The position numbers and the translations under genes are program-made. Shown here one piece after another: positions 10,119 through 20,354 of a stretch of 64,000 nucleotides of DNA; position 1 is the stretch's first letter; the number at the start of each line of letters is the position of its first letter. The notes beneath the pieces are model-generated. The model had not been told where the DNA came from, ran no database searches, and worked only from the letters and a program-made list of their open reading frames with translations. This DNA comes from Candidatus Methanomethylophilaceae archaeon (lineage in GTDB: Archaea; Thermoplasmatota; Thermoplasmata; Methanomassiliicoccales; Methanomethylophilaceae): positions 224,001 through 288,000 of the forward strand of contig JBMNHS010000001.1 in assembly GCA_050950505.1 (NCBI GenBank), in the 5' to 3' direction.

Positions 10119-11357
10119 ATGAAAATAGATGTGAAGTACGGAAAGGACTCTCAGCCCGTAGAAATACCCGAGAGAAACTTCATAGGTACGTTCTATCCCA
10201 AGGACGTTGAGTGCTCCCCTCCCGGTGAAGTGATCGGCGCTTCCATCGAGAACCCCTTGGGTTCCGATACTTTGCAGGAATTCCTGAAGGGCGGCGAGGA
10301 CATAGTATTCATAGTGAACGACGGAACCCGTCCCACCCCCACCGCACAGGTGTTGGAGGCGTTGGCGGACAAAATCGATTTGCGGAAAGCGAGATACATA
10401 ATCGCCACCGGAAACCACCGACCTCCCACCGAGGAAGAATACGATTTCATCTTCGGCTCTCAGTATGAGAACCTGAAAGACCGCATCATAGTCCATGACT
10501 CCAAGAAATCGGAGGTCGTGAACTTGGGGACGTCCAAAAACGGAACTCCCATGGAAGTCAACAAGATAGCCGTGGATTCCGACCGTTTGGTGATCATCAC
10601 CAGCGTGGAACCCCACTATTTCGCCGGATACACCGGAGGAAGGAAATCCTTCCTTCCCGGAGTCGCATCGTTCAAAACGATTGAGACGAACCACAAACTG
10701 GCCATGAGCATGGAAGCTCAGTCCCTGGCGCTGGAAGGCAACCCGGTCCACGAGGATATGATGGATGCCCTGAACGCGGTCAAAGGAAAAAAGATATTCT
10801 CCATACAGATGGTATTGGACAGACACCAGAACATCTACAAAGCCGTGTCCGGAGATCTGAACATGGCTTTCGCAAAAGCCGTGGAATACGCCAACGAAGT
10901 GTTCTCCGTCGCCATTCCCAGGAAAGCCGACGTTGTGATATCCGTTGCACCGTATCCCATGGACGTGGATCTGTACCAGTCCCAGAAAGCCTTGGACAAC
11001 GGAAAATGGGCGTTGAAGGAAGGCGGAACCATCATAATGGTCTCCAAGTGCAGGGAAGGTCTCGGAAGCGAGGCGTTCCTGACCCAGCTTTCAAGCTCCA
11101 AAGATCCCAACGTCGTCATTGAGAACATAAAGAGAGAATACAAGTTGGGATACCACAAGGCCGCCAAAATGGCCGAAATCATGACCTGGGCGAAGGTCGG
11201 CGCGGTGACGGATTTGGATCCGAAAATCATATCCAAAGCCAACATGACTCCGTGCAAAACCGTCCAGGAAGCCGTGGATGCCGAACTTGAAAAGAATCCC
11301 GACGCCGAGTTCCTTATCCTTATGGACGGAAGCGTTACAATTCCCAGAGTTGAGTGA
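10119..11357 (+). CDS. larA: Nickel-pincer lactate racemase (LarA) family protein
   Basis: VNDGTRPTP, ATGNHR, PHYFAGYTGGRKS, DLYQSQKA. Confidence 0.8.
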   Translation: MKIDVKYGKDSQPVEIPERNFIGTFYPKDVECSPPGEVIGASIENPLGSDTLQEFLKGGEDIVFIVNDGTRPTPTAQVLEALADKIDLRKARYIIATGNHRPPTEEEYDFIFGSQYENLKDRIIVHDSKKSEVVNLGTSKNGTPMEVNKIAVDSDRLVIITSVEPHYFAGYTGGRKSFLPGVASFKTIETNHKLAMSMEAQSLALEGNPVHEDMMDALNAVKGKKIFSIQMVLDRHQNIYKAVSGDLNMAFAKAVEYANEVFSVAIPRKADVVISVAPYPMDVDLYQSQKALDNGKWALKEGGTIIMVSKCREGLGSEAFLTQLSSSKDPNVVIENIKREYKLGYHKAAKMAEIMTWAKVGAVTDLDPKIISKANMTPCKTVQEAVDAELEKNPDAEFLILMDGSVTIPRVE

Positions 11358-12457
11358 TTATGACAGAATTCAAAACCGACAACCTTGAAAAGGTACGAAG
11401 AGCCGTCAACGTCTGCACCATGTGCGGATTCTGCAAGAGCGTATGCCCTTCCTTCAAAGAAGTGGGATGGGACACCGACTCCTCCAGAGGCCGTATAACG
11501 TTGATTTACGGATTGCTGAACGGCGATATCGATGCCGACCCTTCAGTGATTAAGAGCATCTACACCTGCACCACCTGCGCCGACTGCGTAAGAAGATGTC
11601 CTTCCAAAGTGGACGTTGTGGACATCATCGAAACCGCCCGTGCGGATCTGGTGAAGAACGATCACATGCTGGACAAGCACAAATCCATGTGCGACAAAGT
11701 CGTGGAATTCGGCAACCCCTTCGGCGAAAAGAAAAGCATTCAGGAAGCCGTCGGCATTGAGAGGAAGAAAGCGAAGATCGGATATTACGTGGGATGCACC
11801 GCCGCTCACCGTTCCAAAGAAATTTCCGAAGCGACCATTTCGGTGCTGAAGAAACTGAACACCGATTTCACCGTTGTGGATGAGATATGCTGCGGATCCG
11901 TTCTTCAGAGAGTAGGTTACGATCAGGATTACATCACAACGATGTTTGAAAAGAACGTCAACGCAATCAAGGATCTCGGCGTGGAAACCGTCGTGCTGTC
12001 CTGCGCGGGATGTTACCGTATGTTCAAGGTCGAGTATCCCAAGTACATCGACGTTCCCTTCGAAGTGTTGCACATAACGGAATACTTGGCAAGACAGGAT
12101 TTGAAGTTGAAACCGATGGACAACATCAAGGCCACGTATCACGATCCCTGTCACCTGGGAAGACACTGCGGACTGTATGACGCGCCGAGAGAAATTATCG
12201 CTAAAATTCCCGGAATGGAATTCGTCGAAATGGAATACACAAGGGAAAAGAGCCACTGCTGCGGAGGCGGCGGAGGCGTGAGAAGCGCGTTCCCCGAGGA
12301 ATCCCTGGGTATCGCGTCCACAAGGTTGGATGAGGCCAAAGGGATGGATATGATCATCACGACCTGTCCTTTCTGTGTGAACAACCTGCTTGCCGGGAGA
12401 AAGGACGAGGAAATAGACGTCGTGGATTTGATCGAACTGGTCGACAAGCTGTTGTAA
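11354..12457 (+). CDS. Fe-S oxidoreductase with CCG domains (GlpC/HdrD/GlcF-like)
   Basis: Two CxxCxxCxxxCP motifs; ICCG, YHDPCHLGR, HCCGGGGG, TTCPFC. Confidence 0.85.
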   Translation: MIMTEFKTDNLEKVRRAVNVCTMCGFCKSVCPSFKEVGWDTDSSRGRITLIYGLLNGDIDADPSVIKSIYTCTTCADCVRRCPSKVDVVDIIETARADLVKNDHMLDKHKSMCDKVVEFGNPFGEKKSIQEAVGIERKKAKIGYYVGCTAAHRSKEISEATISVLKKLNTDFTVVDEICCGSVLQRVGYDQDYITTMFEKNVNAIKDLGVETVVLSCAGCYRMFKVEYPKYIDVPFEVLHITEYLARQDLKLKPMDNIKATYHDPCHLGRHCGLYDAPREIIAKIPGMEFVEMEYTREKSHCCGGGGGVRSAFPEESLGIASTRLDEAKGMDMIITTCPFCVNNLLAGRKDEEIDVVDLIELVDKLL

Positions 12458-12458
12458 G

Positions 12459-13253
12459 ATGTTGCGAACGAGATGGAGAAAAGGATATCTGACGTACGGA
12501 CAACCCCGGATAATGGGGATAGTCAACGTCACGCCGGATTCTTTCTCCGGCGGGCTCACTTGCAACGAAGCGATTGAGCACGCCTTCAAACTCATTGATG
12601 ACGGGGCCGATATGATTGATATCGGTGCGGAGTCCACCCGTCCCGGATGGACTCCCGTTTCCGTTGAAGAGGAAATCGACCGTTTAATTCCGTTGATTGA
12701 AGCAATCGCCCCTTCCTGCGATATTCCGATTTCCGTTGATACGATGAAACCGGATGTGGTTCAGGCGGCGTTGGACGCGGGAGCGGATATCGTCAATGAC
12801 GTATACGGAATGAGATGGGACGGAATGGTTGACGTTATTGCGTCTAACGGCGTGCCGGTTATAATCACACATATCCACGGTGATTTGGACACAATGCATA
12901 ACGTCACGATGGGCGATGATTTTCTTTTAGAGATTAAGAGATTTTTTGATGAACGAATCAAAATCGCTTTGGATGCAGGTATCGATCGGGATTGTATAAT
13001 TCTCGATCCGGGTTTGGGATTCGGAAAAACTTCGGAACAGAACATAGAATTGCTGAAGAGCGGTTCTTACCTTTATGACGGATATCCGGTATTGATCGGA
13101 GCTTCCCGCAAAAGATTTTTGATGGATTTGTACGGCAACCGGAACGATGAATCATCGGCGGATGCCGCTGTTGCCGCCATAGAAAACGGCGCGCATATCG
13201 TAAGGGTTCATGACGTGCGCACGACGGTTGGGATGTTCAAAAAACGAGTTTGA
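12459..13253 (+). CDS. folP: Dihydropteroate synthase
   Basis: IMGIVNVTPDSFS, DIGAESTRPG, DPGLGFGK, SRKRF, RVHDV. Confidence 0.92.
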   Translation: MLRTRWRKGYLTYGQPRIMGIVNVTPDSFSGGLTCNEAIEHAFKLIDDGADMIDIGAESTRPGWTPVSVEEEIDRLIPLIEAIAPSCDIPISVDTMKPDVVQAALDAGADIVNDVYGMRWDGMVDVIASNGVPVIITHIHGDLDTMHNVTMGDDFLLEIKRFFDERIKIALDAGIDRDCIILDPGLGFGKTSEQNIELLKSGSYLYDGYPVLIGASRKRFLMDLYGNRNDESSADAAVAAIENGAHIVRVHDVRTTVGMFKKRV

Positions 13254-13428
13254 AAATCGATAACCCCGCAATAATCGCCAGAGCCAGTACGAAAATTATG
13301 TTCAACCGGCGGTTTTCTCTTCTGTTTCTGTCGTGATGCAGTTGATTACAATCCTCTGAGCAGTACTCATCACCAAATCGAATGGGATCTCCGCAGAATT
13401 TACAATGGTCATGCTCAGGGAGTATCAT
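13237..13428 (-). CDS. Zn-ribbon membrane protein (DUF2116-like)
   Basis: HDHCKFCGDPI...YCSEDC followed by a TM helix. Confidence 0.75.
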   Translation of the reverse strand: MILPEHDHCKFCGDPIRFGDEYCSEDCNQLHHDRNRRENRRLNIIFVLALAIIAGLSIFKLVF

Positions 13429-13515
13429 AATCAGGCAGATGTAATCAAAATATAAAATTGGCTTGATGAATTAAATAGAAAAGGAAGGGGTTTATGGTAT
13501 GTTTCCACCGAGTGC

Positions 13516-14019
13516 TTATGCAGTCAGATTTTTGATGATGGGAAGAACCCCTACGATAAACACCAAAATACTGCCGACAAGACACAGGTATGTGCCGATG
13601 CCGTAACCCACGGAACCGCCCAGGAGCGATCCGCCGGAAGCGCCGGTGTCCAACCAAACCATAAAGAGTATGGATACCACAAGCAGAACGACGGAAATCA
13701 CAATGGCCACAATACCGAGAATTCCTTCGGTCTTGGCACCGCCGAGATATTTACTGGGCACAACAGAGATTATCAATGCGATGATTGCGAGAATCAGCGC
13801 TATCAGAGGCACCATGTTCTGCCATGCATCTTTATCCTGCAGATATTCGCCGTCAAAGAATTGCATTCCCGTGTATCCGGTTGTTTCAGACGCACCCAAT
13901 ACCGTAACGGTGACATCAGCCCAAGAAAGGAAGAATGCCACTATAACCAGAATCGCACCCACTATCCCAATGAATTGGAATGCAGAGAACGGTCCAACTT
14001 TTTTATCTAAGAAAGACAT
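13516..14019 (-). CDS. Four-TM hypothetical membrane protein
   Basis: 167-aa ORF with four hydrophobic segments; FFLSW and YTG motifs. Confidence 0.75.
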   Translation of the reverse strand: MSFLDKKVGPFSAFQFIGIVGAILVIVAFFLSWADVTVTVLGASETTGYTGMQFFDGEYLQDKDAWQNMVPLIALILAIIALIISVVPSKYLGGAKTEGILGIVAIVISVVLLVVSILFMVWLDTGASGGSLLGGSVGYGIGTYLCLVGSILVFIVGVLPIIKNLTA

Positions 14020-14267
14020 ATTTTTCCATCCTGATAAGATGCACTAAGCATCCCATCCAGGAGTGTAAACGGTATTTGTTTTTTATAAGCTTATTGACGA
14101 AGTTGACAGAAAACAGGATAAAATGACGGGATATATTCCAGACGTGGCTTAAAAAATAGATTAAAAAAATATGCCAATATGTTTACTCTATTTGTCGAAA
14201 ATCAGTGTCGTGTCCTATTCATTCTTGCCATTAAGATATAAATATCGAAGGCCCTCTAAAATATTCT

Positions 14268-16355
14268 ATGCGCAGTAGTGAATCGATGTTAGATTATTTC
14301 TTCAAACAGAATCATTTCGAAATACCGCTATACCAACGAACCTATGACTGGAAAAAAAGAAACTGCGAGATTCTTTTTGATGATATCCTCGACATACACA
14401 AAGTGTCAGAGATGCCAGGGTCCGAGGGTAAATACAAAAAGCATTTCTTCGGCATAGTGATTTGTCTGATAGATCAGCAAACGGGGCATCGCGCAATCAT
14501 AGACGGGCAACAAAGAGTTACATCCGTGGCATTACTGCTGGCCGCCATAAGGGATGCTGTCCTTGATGAGAAGATTGAATCTGAAGATGACAGGCTTGCA
14601 AGTAAAATCGATCGCAGGCTGAAGGATCAGGATTACGGCACGGTCTTCATAAAGCCCATCGAAAAAGACAGAATCGTGTATGATGCCATAATGACTCACG
14701 ACATCATACTCGACGAATATGCGGGATCCAATATTCTGATTAATTACAATTACTTTAAAGAGAGGGTTTTGAAACTGGATGATATAACGATAGACCAGTT
14801 TATCGAGTGTCTGGATAATCTGTATATCGTTCCCATCCACCTAAGCAGTCTGGACGACGATGCGCAAAAGGTCTTTGAGAGTATCAATTCCACCGGATTG
14901 AGTCTGACCGAGGGCGATAAGATTCGCAACTATATGCTCATGAATCACAGCCCTGCCGATCAAGAACGGTATTACAAACGGTATTGGACGAAAATAGACG
15001 ACGGAGCTATAGACACCACCAGATTCATCAGGGATTACCTTACGGCAGGTACGGGAAACATCCCCAGGTTGAATAACGTATATGATGATTTTAAAAAATA
15101 TGCGAAATTCCGCAGAATCACCGAAGAAGCATTCGTGGAACTGTTCGAAGAGTTGGTGCAGTATTCCCGATATTACCATAATCTTCAGGAAAATAATCTG
15201 AATCACATATCGGAAAACGCGTCCCTGTTAATGTTCAGAATAAATTACCAAAGAGCCACGGTCGTATATCCGTTCATAATGAAGATTCTGAACTACCATG
15301 AAACCGGCAACCTTACTGACGAAGAGGTTGTTGATGTACTGGGTGTAATAGAGAATTATATTTTACGAAGAGCCATCTGCAAACTGCCCACGAACACCTT
15401 GAATAAGGTCTTCAGCGGCATATTCTATTCTTTGATTAGGGACGATTCGGGCGGTTTTGCCGAGAGATTCAAATATTCTTTGCTCAGAAGAGAGGGTACT
15501 GCCAGATACCCCAGAGATGAGGAGGTGTTTTATCACCTGACAGAAACGGATCTGTACAATACCCGTACCGTTTGCACTCATGTTTTGGCAACGATAGAGC
15601 ACGCTAACAGAGATTCCCAGGACACTCTGGAACGAATAGAGGACGGTAAATTGACAGTGGAACACGTTATGCCGCAGACCCTTTCGAAAGAATGGATCGG
15701 ACACCTGGGAGAAAATTACAGAGAAGTTCACGATGTGTGGCTGCACAGACTGGGCAACCTTACCCTGACCGCGTACAACAGCAAATACAGTAACAAATCG
15801 TACGAATTCAAACGCAATTTGGAAGATTCTGGATTCCGGGAAAGCAGACTGTGGCTGAACCGCATAATGGCGGAAAGCGAGACGTGGACCGAAGATAGGA
15901 TCCGCGAACGGAACACGATTCTTGCTGACAGATTTTTAAAGGTTGTGCCGGAACTTGTCACTTCGTATGAAGCGCCCATTGCTGTCGACGATTCAGTCAT
16001 ATATTCCTTGGAAGAAGCGGATAATGAATTTTATGGAATACAGGTCACAGGGTTCTTGTTCGACGGCGAAAGGTATGCCGCCAGAAGTGCGATTGATGCC
16101 TATACCCAGATTTTGAGAATGTTTTATGATCAGGATCCCGTCAAATTCACAACCCTGATGAATGAAAAAGGAAGCAGTCTATGGATGAGTTCCGACTCTG
16201 TCAAGGCCAAGGCATGGGGATATGATGAAATTGCTCCGGGAGTTTGGACAAGTAAAGATATGGATAATCCGAGAAAGGCAAGATTTTTGAGACAATTTGC
16301 CGCTTTCTTTGGTATGGAATTCGATGACATTGCATTCATCGTCAAAGGTAAATGA
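14268..16355 (+). CDS. GmrSD-like (DUF262 + DUF1524 HNH) modification-dependent restriction nuclease
   Basis: IPLYQRTYDW, IDGQQR, FESINSTG, VEHVMPQ, RLGNLTL; extra C-terminal domain. Confidence 0.85.
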   Translation: MRSSESMLDYFFKQNHFEIPLYQRTYDWKKRNCEILFDDILDIHKVSEMPGSEGKYKKHFFGIVICLIDQQTGHRAIIDGQQRVTSVALLLAAIRDAVLDEKIESEDDRLASKIDRRLKDQDYGTVFIKPIEKDRIVYDAIMTHDIILDEYAGSNILINYNYFKERVLKLDDITIDQFIECLDNLYIVPIHLSSLDDDAQKVFESINSTGLSLTEGDKIRNYMLMNHSPADQERYYKRYWTKIDDGAIDTTRFIRDYLTAGTGNIPRLNNVYDDFKKYAKFRRITEEAFVELFEELVQYSRYYHNLQENNLNHISENASLLMFRINYQRATVVYPFIMKILNYHETGNLTDEEVVDVLGVIENYILRRAICKLPTNTLNKVFSGIFYSLIRDDSGGFAERFKYSLLRREGTARYPRDEEVFYHLTETDLYNTRTVCTHVLATIEHANRDSQDTLERIEDGKLTVEHVMPQTLSKEWIGHLGENYREVHDVWLHRLGNLTLTAYNSKYSNKSYEFKRNLEDSGFRESRLWLNRIMAESETWTEDRIRERNTILADRFLKVVPELVTSYEAPIAVDDSVIYSLEEADNEFYGIQVTGFLFDGERYAARSAIDAYTQILRMFYDQDPVKFTTLMNEKGSSLWMSSDSVKAKAWGYDEIAPGVWTSKDMDNPRKARFLRQFAAFFGMEFDDIAFIVKGK

Positions 16356-16413
16356 ATCATATGGGTACAATCCATTGAGAAAATTGACAGAATTATTACG
16401 GAGTTGATTTACT

Positions 16414-18313
16414 ATGCCCGATAAGCTTAATATGCACACAAAAAACGCCACTCAAGAAAATATTGAAAGGATTGGCGCTTTGTTTCCCAATTGTATAGTC
16501 GAAGCGGCTGACGAGGGGGGGGGGGTTAGACGCTTTATTGATTTCCAAAGTCTAAAACAAGAGCTATCGGAAGACCTCGCACCGGACTCACGGGAAAGAT
16601 ACCAGTTTACTTGGCCGAATAAATCTGAACATAGAGCTCAGACGAATCATCAAGTTTCAGAAACTTTAAGACCTTATCCGGAAGAGAGCGTGGAATTTGA
16701 TAAAACAGAAAATCTCTACATAGAGGGGGACAATCTAATAGCGTTAAAACTTCTCAGAGAAACCTATCTGAATAAAATTGACGTGATATACATAGATCCT
16801 CCATACAATACAGGCAATGATTTTGTTTATAGGGATGACTTTACTATCAGTGATTCCGAATATCTCGACGTCAACGGAACTTATGACGTGGAAGGTAACC
16901 GATTATTCAGAAACACAAACACCAACGGAAGATTTCATACTGATTGGTTGAACATGATGTATCCGCGGCTCCGGCTTGCCAGGGATTTATTATCAGAAGA
17001 AGGAGTTATTTTCATATCGATTGATGATAACGAATTTAAAAATTTGAGAAATATATGCGATGAGATATTCGGAGAAAATAATTTTGTTGCGACCGTAATC
17101 TGGGAAAGGGCATTTTCTCCAGTGAATTTAAAAAGACATTTTTCTGAGAGTCATGATTATATTGTGGCATATGCCAAATCAGTCGATAATCTAATATGTA
17201 ACGGATTACCACGGGATGAGAAGGCGGACAACAGATATTCCAATCCGGACGAGGATTCCAGGGGGCCATGGGCTTCGAGTGATTTGTCCGTGGGACCTGC
17301 AATAGAGGCGAATATATACGAAATTGTAACTCCTTCCGGAAGAGTTGTTATGCCGCCCAGCGGATACAGTTGGCGTCTGAGTAAAAAACGATATTCCGAA
17401 TTCTTGAAGGAGGGGCGCATATGGTTTGGATCTGACGGGAGCGGAGTCCCTCGAATAAAACGATTCTTGTCTGAAGTGAAGCAGGGAATCACTCCCATGA
17501 CGATATGGAAACATCAAGAAGTAGGGCATTCGCAAAAAGCTAGTCAGGATTTGAAAGCGTTATTTGATGGTAAATCATTCTTCACATATCCTAAACCTGT
17601 GGAACTAATAAAGAGAGTATTAATGCTCTATTCCGACAAAGAATCTCTAATATTGGATTTCTTTTCAGGTTCTGCGACCACTGCACATGCAGTCATGAAC
17701 CTTAACACAGAAGATGGAGGCAGAAGAAGATATATTATGATTCAACTGCCTGAGGAAACCGATAAAAAATCAGATGCATATAGGGCAGGATTTGAAAATA
17801 TCTGCGAAATAGGCAAAGAACGTATCCGTATAGCGGGGAAACAACTAATTGAGAAAAATTCCGAACAGCGAACGCTGACCGATGAAGATATTCCCCATGG
17901 CACAGACATAGGATTCAGAGTCCTTAAAATTGACAGTTCCAATATGAAGGATGTTTATTATGCTCCAGATAAAACCTTCAAACGTGGCCTGGATGAACTT
18001 TTGGATAATGTCAAAGAAGATTCGGACTCCCGAAGATCTGCTGTTCCAGGTAATGTTGGAACTCGGTATCGATCTATCTTCGATAATCGAAGAATATACC
18101 ATCGACGAAAAGAAGGTACTCAGCGTCGACGAGGGTTACCTTATTGCGTGTTTTGATAAGAACGTTTCAGAGAATGTTGTTACAGAAATTGCAAAGAAGA
18201 AACCACATTATGCTATAATGAGGGACAATTCCATGTCCGATGACAATGTAGCAGTCAACTTTGAACAGATATTCAAAACATACAGCCCCGATACCGTCAG
18301 AAGAATTCTGTGA
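16414..18313 (+). pseudogene. mod: Type III R-M Mod methyltransferase copy 1 (G11 tract in frame; +1 T frameshift at about 18021)
   Basis: IEGDNL, DPPY, DFFSGSATT; C-terminal part continues in the 17951..18313 frame; GAAGATTCGGACT vs GAAGATCGAACT/GAAGATCGGACC in paralogs. Confidence 0.85.
16515..16525 (+). repeat. Poly-G tract G11 in mod1 (in frame)
   Basis: GAC GAG GGG GGG GGG GTT AGA. Confidence 0.9.
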
Positions 18314-18358
18314 TTTAAAACGAGATGTGTTAATTACATCTACAGAGTTGATTCTTAC

Positions 18359-20267
18359 ATGTCAGATAAACTCGATATGCATACAAAGAATATCATTCAG
18401 GAAAATATTGAGAAAATTGGTGCGCTGTTCCCCCATTGCGTCACCGAAGCGACTGATGAACACGGAGAAATCAGACAGCTTATCGATTTCGAAAGTTTGA
18501 GACAGGAGTTATCAGAAGATCTTGTATCGAATATGAATGAAAGATATCGATTTATTTGGCCTGATAAATTAAAATTCCAAAATCTTGCGAATGAGCCCGT
18601 TAGTAAAACTCTGAGACCTTATAGGGATGAAAGTGTAAATTTCGATAACACTCGCAACCTGTACATAGAAGGAGATAACCTGGATGTGCTGAAACTTCTA
18701 AGGGAAACTTACCTGAATAAGGTGCATGTAGTGTACATAGATCCACCCTACAATACAGGCAACGACTTCGTGTACAAAGACAATTTTAAAATTAGCGGCC
18801 CAGAATTTGAAAACGTGAGCGGACTTCGTGATGAGGAGGACAATAAACTTTTCCGGAATACGGATTCCAACGGAAGATTCCATACTGACTGGCTCAATAT
18901 GATGTACCCTAGGCTTAAGTTGGCCAGAGACTTGCTTAATGATGAGGGTTTGATTTTGATATCGATTGATGAGAATGAATCACATAATTTAAAAAAAATT
19001 TGTGACGAACTCTTCGGAGAACGGAACTTTATAGGAGATGTGGTCCGAAAAACTAAGAGTATGACGGGAGACAGTGGTGTCGGATTTAACCTACAGCACG
19101 AGTATTTGCAGATTTATGCCAAAGATATAAACCGCGTAGCGCTACGTGGTGAAGAAAAGGATTTCAAAAATTATTCGAATCCCGACGATGATGTCAATGG
19201 AGATTGGTGCCCCGGCGACCCCAGTGCAAAAAGTGGTGGCAATTCGACTTATTTTCCTATTGCTAACCCTCATACTGGTAAGATTGACTATCCTCCGAAG
19301 GGGCGGTATTGGGCATTTTCTAAAACTACGCTTGAAAGATATGTCGATACAGGTAGAATAAAATTCAAAGAAGCACACTCCGACAGGGAAAGAGGATTCG
19401 TATTTAAGAGATACAAGAAGGATATTGTCGAATCGTTCAATCCCGTTAACAGTCTCTTTGCAATTGAAAATGAATTTATGAACAGCGGAGCTACTGCCGA
19501 ATTGAGTAGATTGTTTGACGGAGCCTTGTTCGACTATCCGAAACCAGTTGGATACATAAAGGCCCTACTCGAGTATACGACAGATAAGGATTCAATCATT
19601 CTTGATTTCTTCTCCGGTTCTGCAACAACTGCTCATGCCGTCATAGAGCTGAACACTGAAGACGGGGGCGATAGGAAATACATTATGATCCAATTGCCTG
19701 AAGAAACCGATAAAAAATCGGATGCGTACAAAGCGGGATTTCATAATATTTGTGAATTGGGCAAAGAGCGAATTCGTCGTGTCGGAGAGCAGTTGGGGGG
19801 GGGGGGGGGGGGGCTGTAAGCAACAAAAATTGGTTGGCGAGTGCCTTTTCAAAGATACAGATGTTGGTTTTAGAGTCTTGAAAGTCGATAGTTCCAACAT
19901 GAAGGATGTGTACTATACGCCAGACAAAACTTTCAAACACGGCCTGGACAAACTTTTGGATAATGTCAAAGAAGATCGAACTCCCGAAGATCTACTGTTC
20001 CAGGTAATGTTGGAACTTGGCGTCGAATTGTCTTCAACGATACAGGAATATACCATTGACGGAAAGAGAGTCTTCAGCGTCGACGAGGGTTACCTTATTG
20101 CATGTTTTGATATGGACGTTTCAGAAAATGTAGTTATAGAAATTGCAAAAAGTAATCCACATTATGCAGTGATGAGGGATAATTCCATGTCTAACGATAG
20201 TGTAACCATAAACTTTGAACAGATTTTCAAAACATACAGTTCTAAGACTATCAGAAGAATTCTATGA
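18359..20267 (+). CDS. mod: Type III Mod copy 2, frameshifted at a G19 tract (putatively phase-variable)
   Basis: DPPY and DFFSGS in 18359..19819; C-terminal domain (GFRVLKVDSSNM...RRIL) in another frame after the G-run; G18 or G21 restores the frame. Confidence 0.85.
19795..19813 (+). repeat. Poly-G tract G19 in mod2 (out of frame)
   Basis: CAGTT(G)19CTGTAAG; in-frame TAA immediately after the tract. Confidence 0.9.
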
Positions 20268-20289
20268 TTAACAACAAAGTCCTGATTAC

Positions 20290-20354
20290 AAACTCTCTAG
20301 TGTATATAATAAAAAAACGGGATAGTTTAATACTGTCTATAGAGTTGATTCCTT
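20290..20354 (+). promoter_or_regulatory. Cassette promoter/RBS duplicated upstream of mod3 and mod4
   Basis: GTATATAA-A-run-GGATA.TTTAATAC..TCTATAGAGTTGATTCCTTATG also occurs at about 22250-22306; GAGTTGATT precedes all four mod ATGs. Confidence 0.6.
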
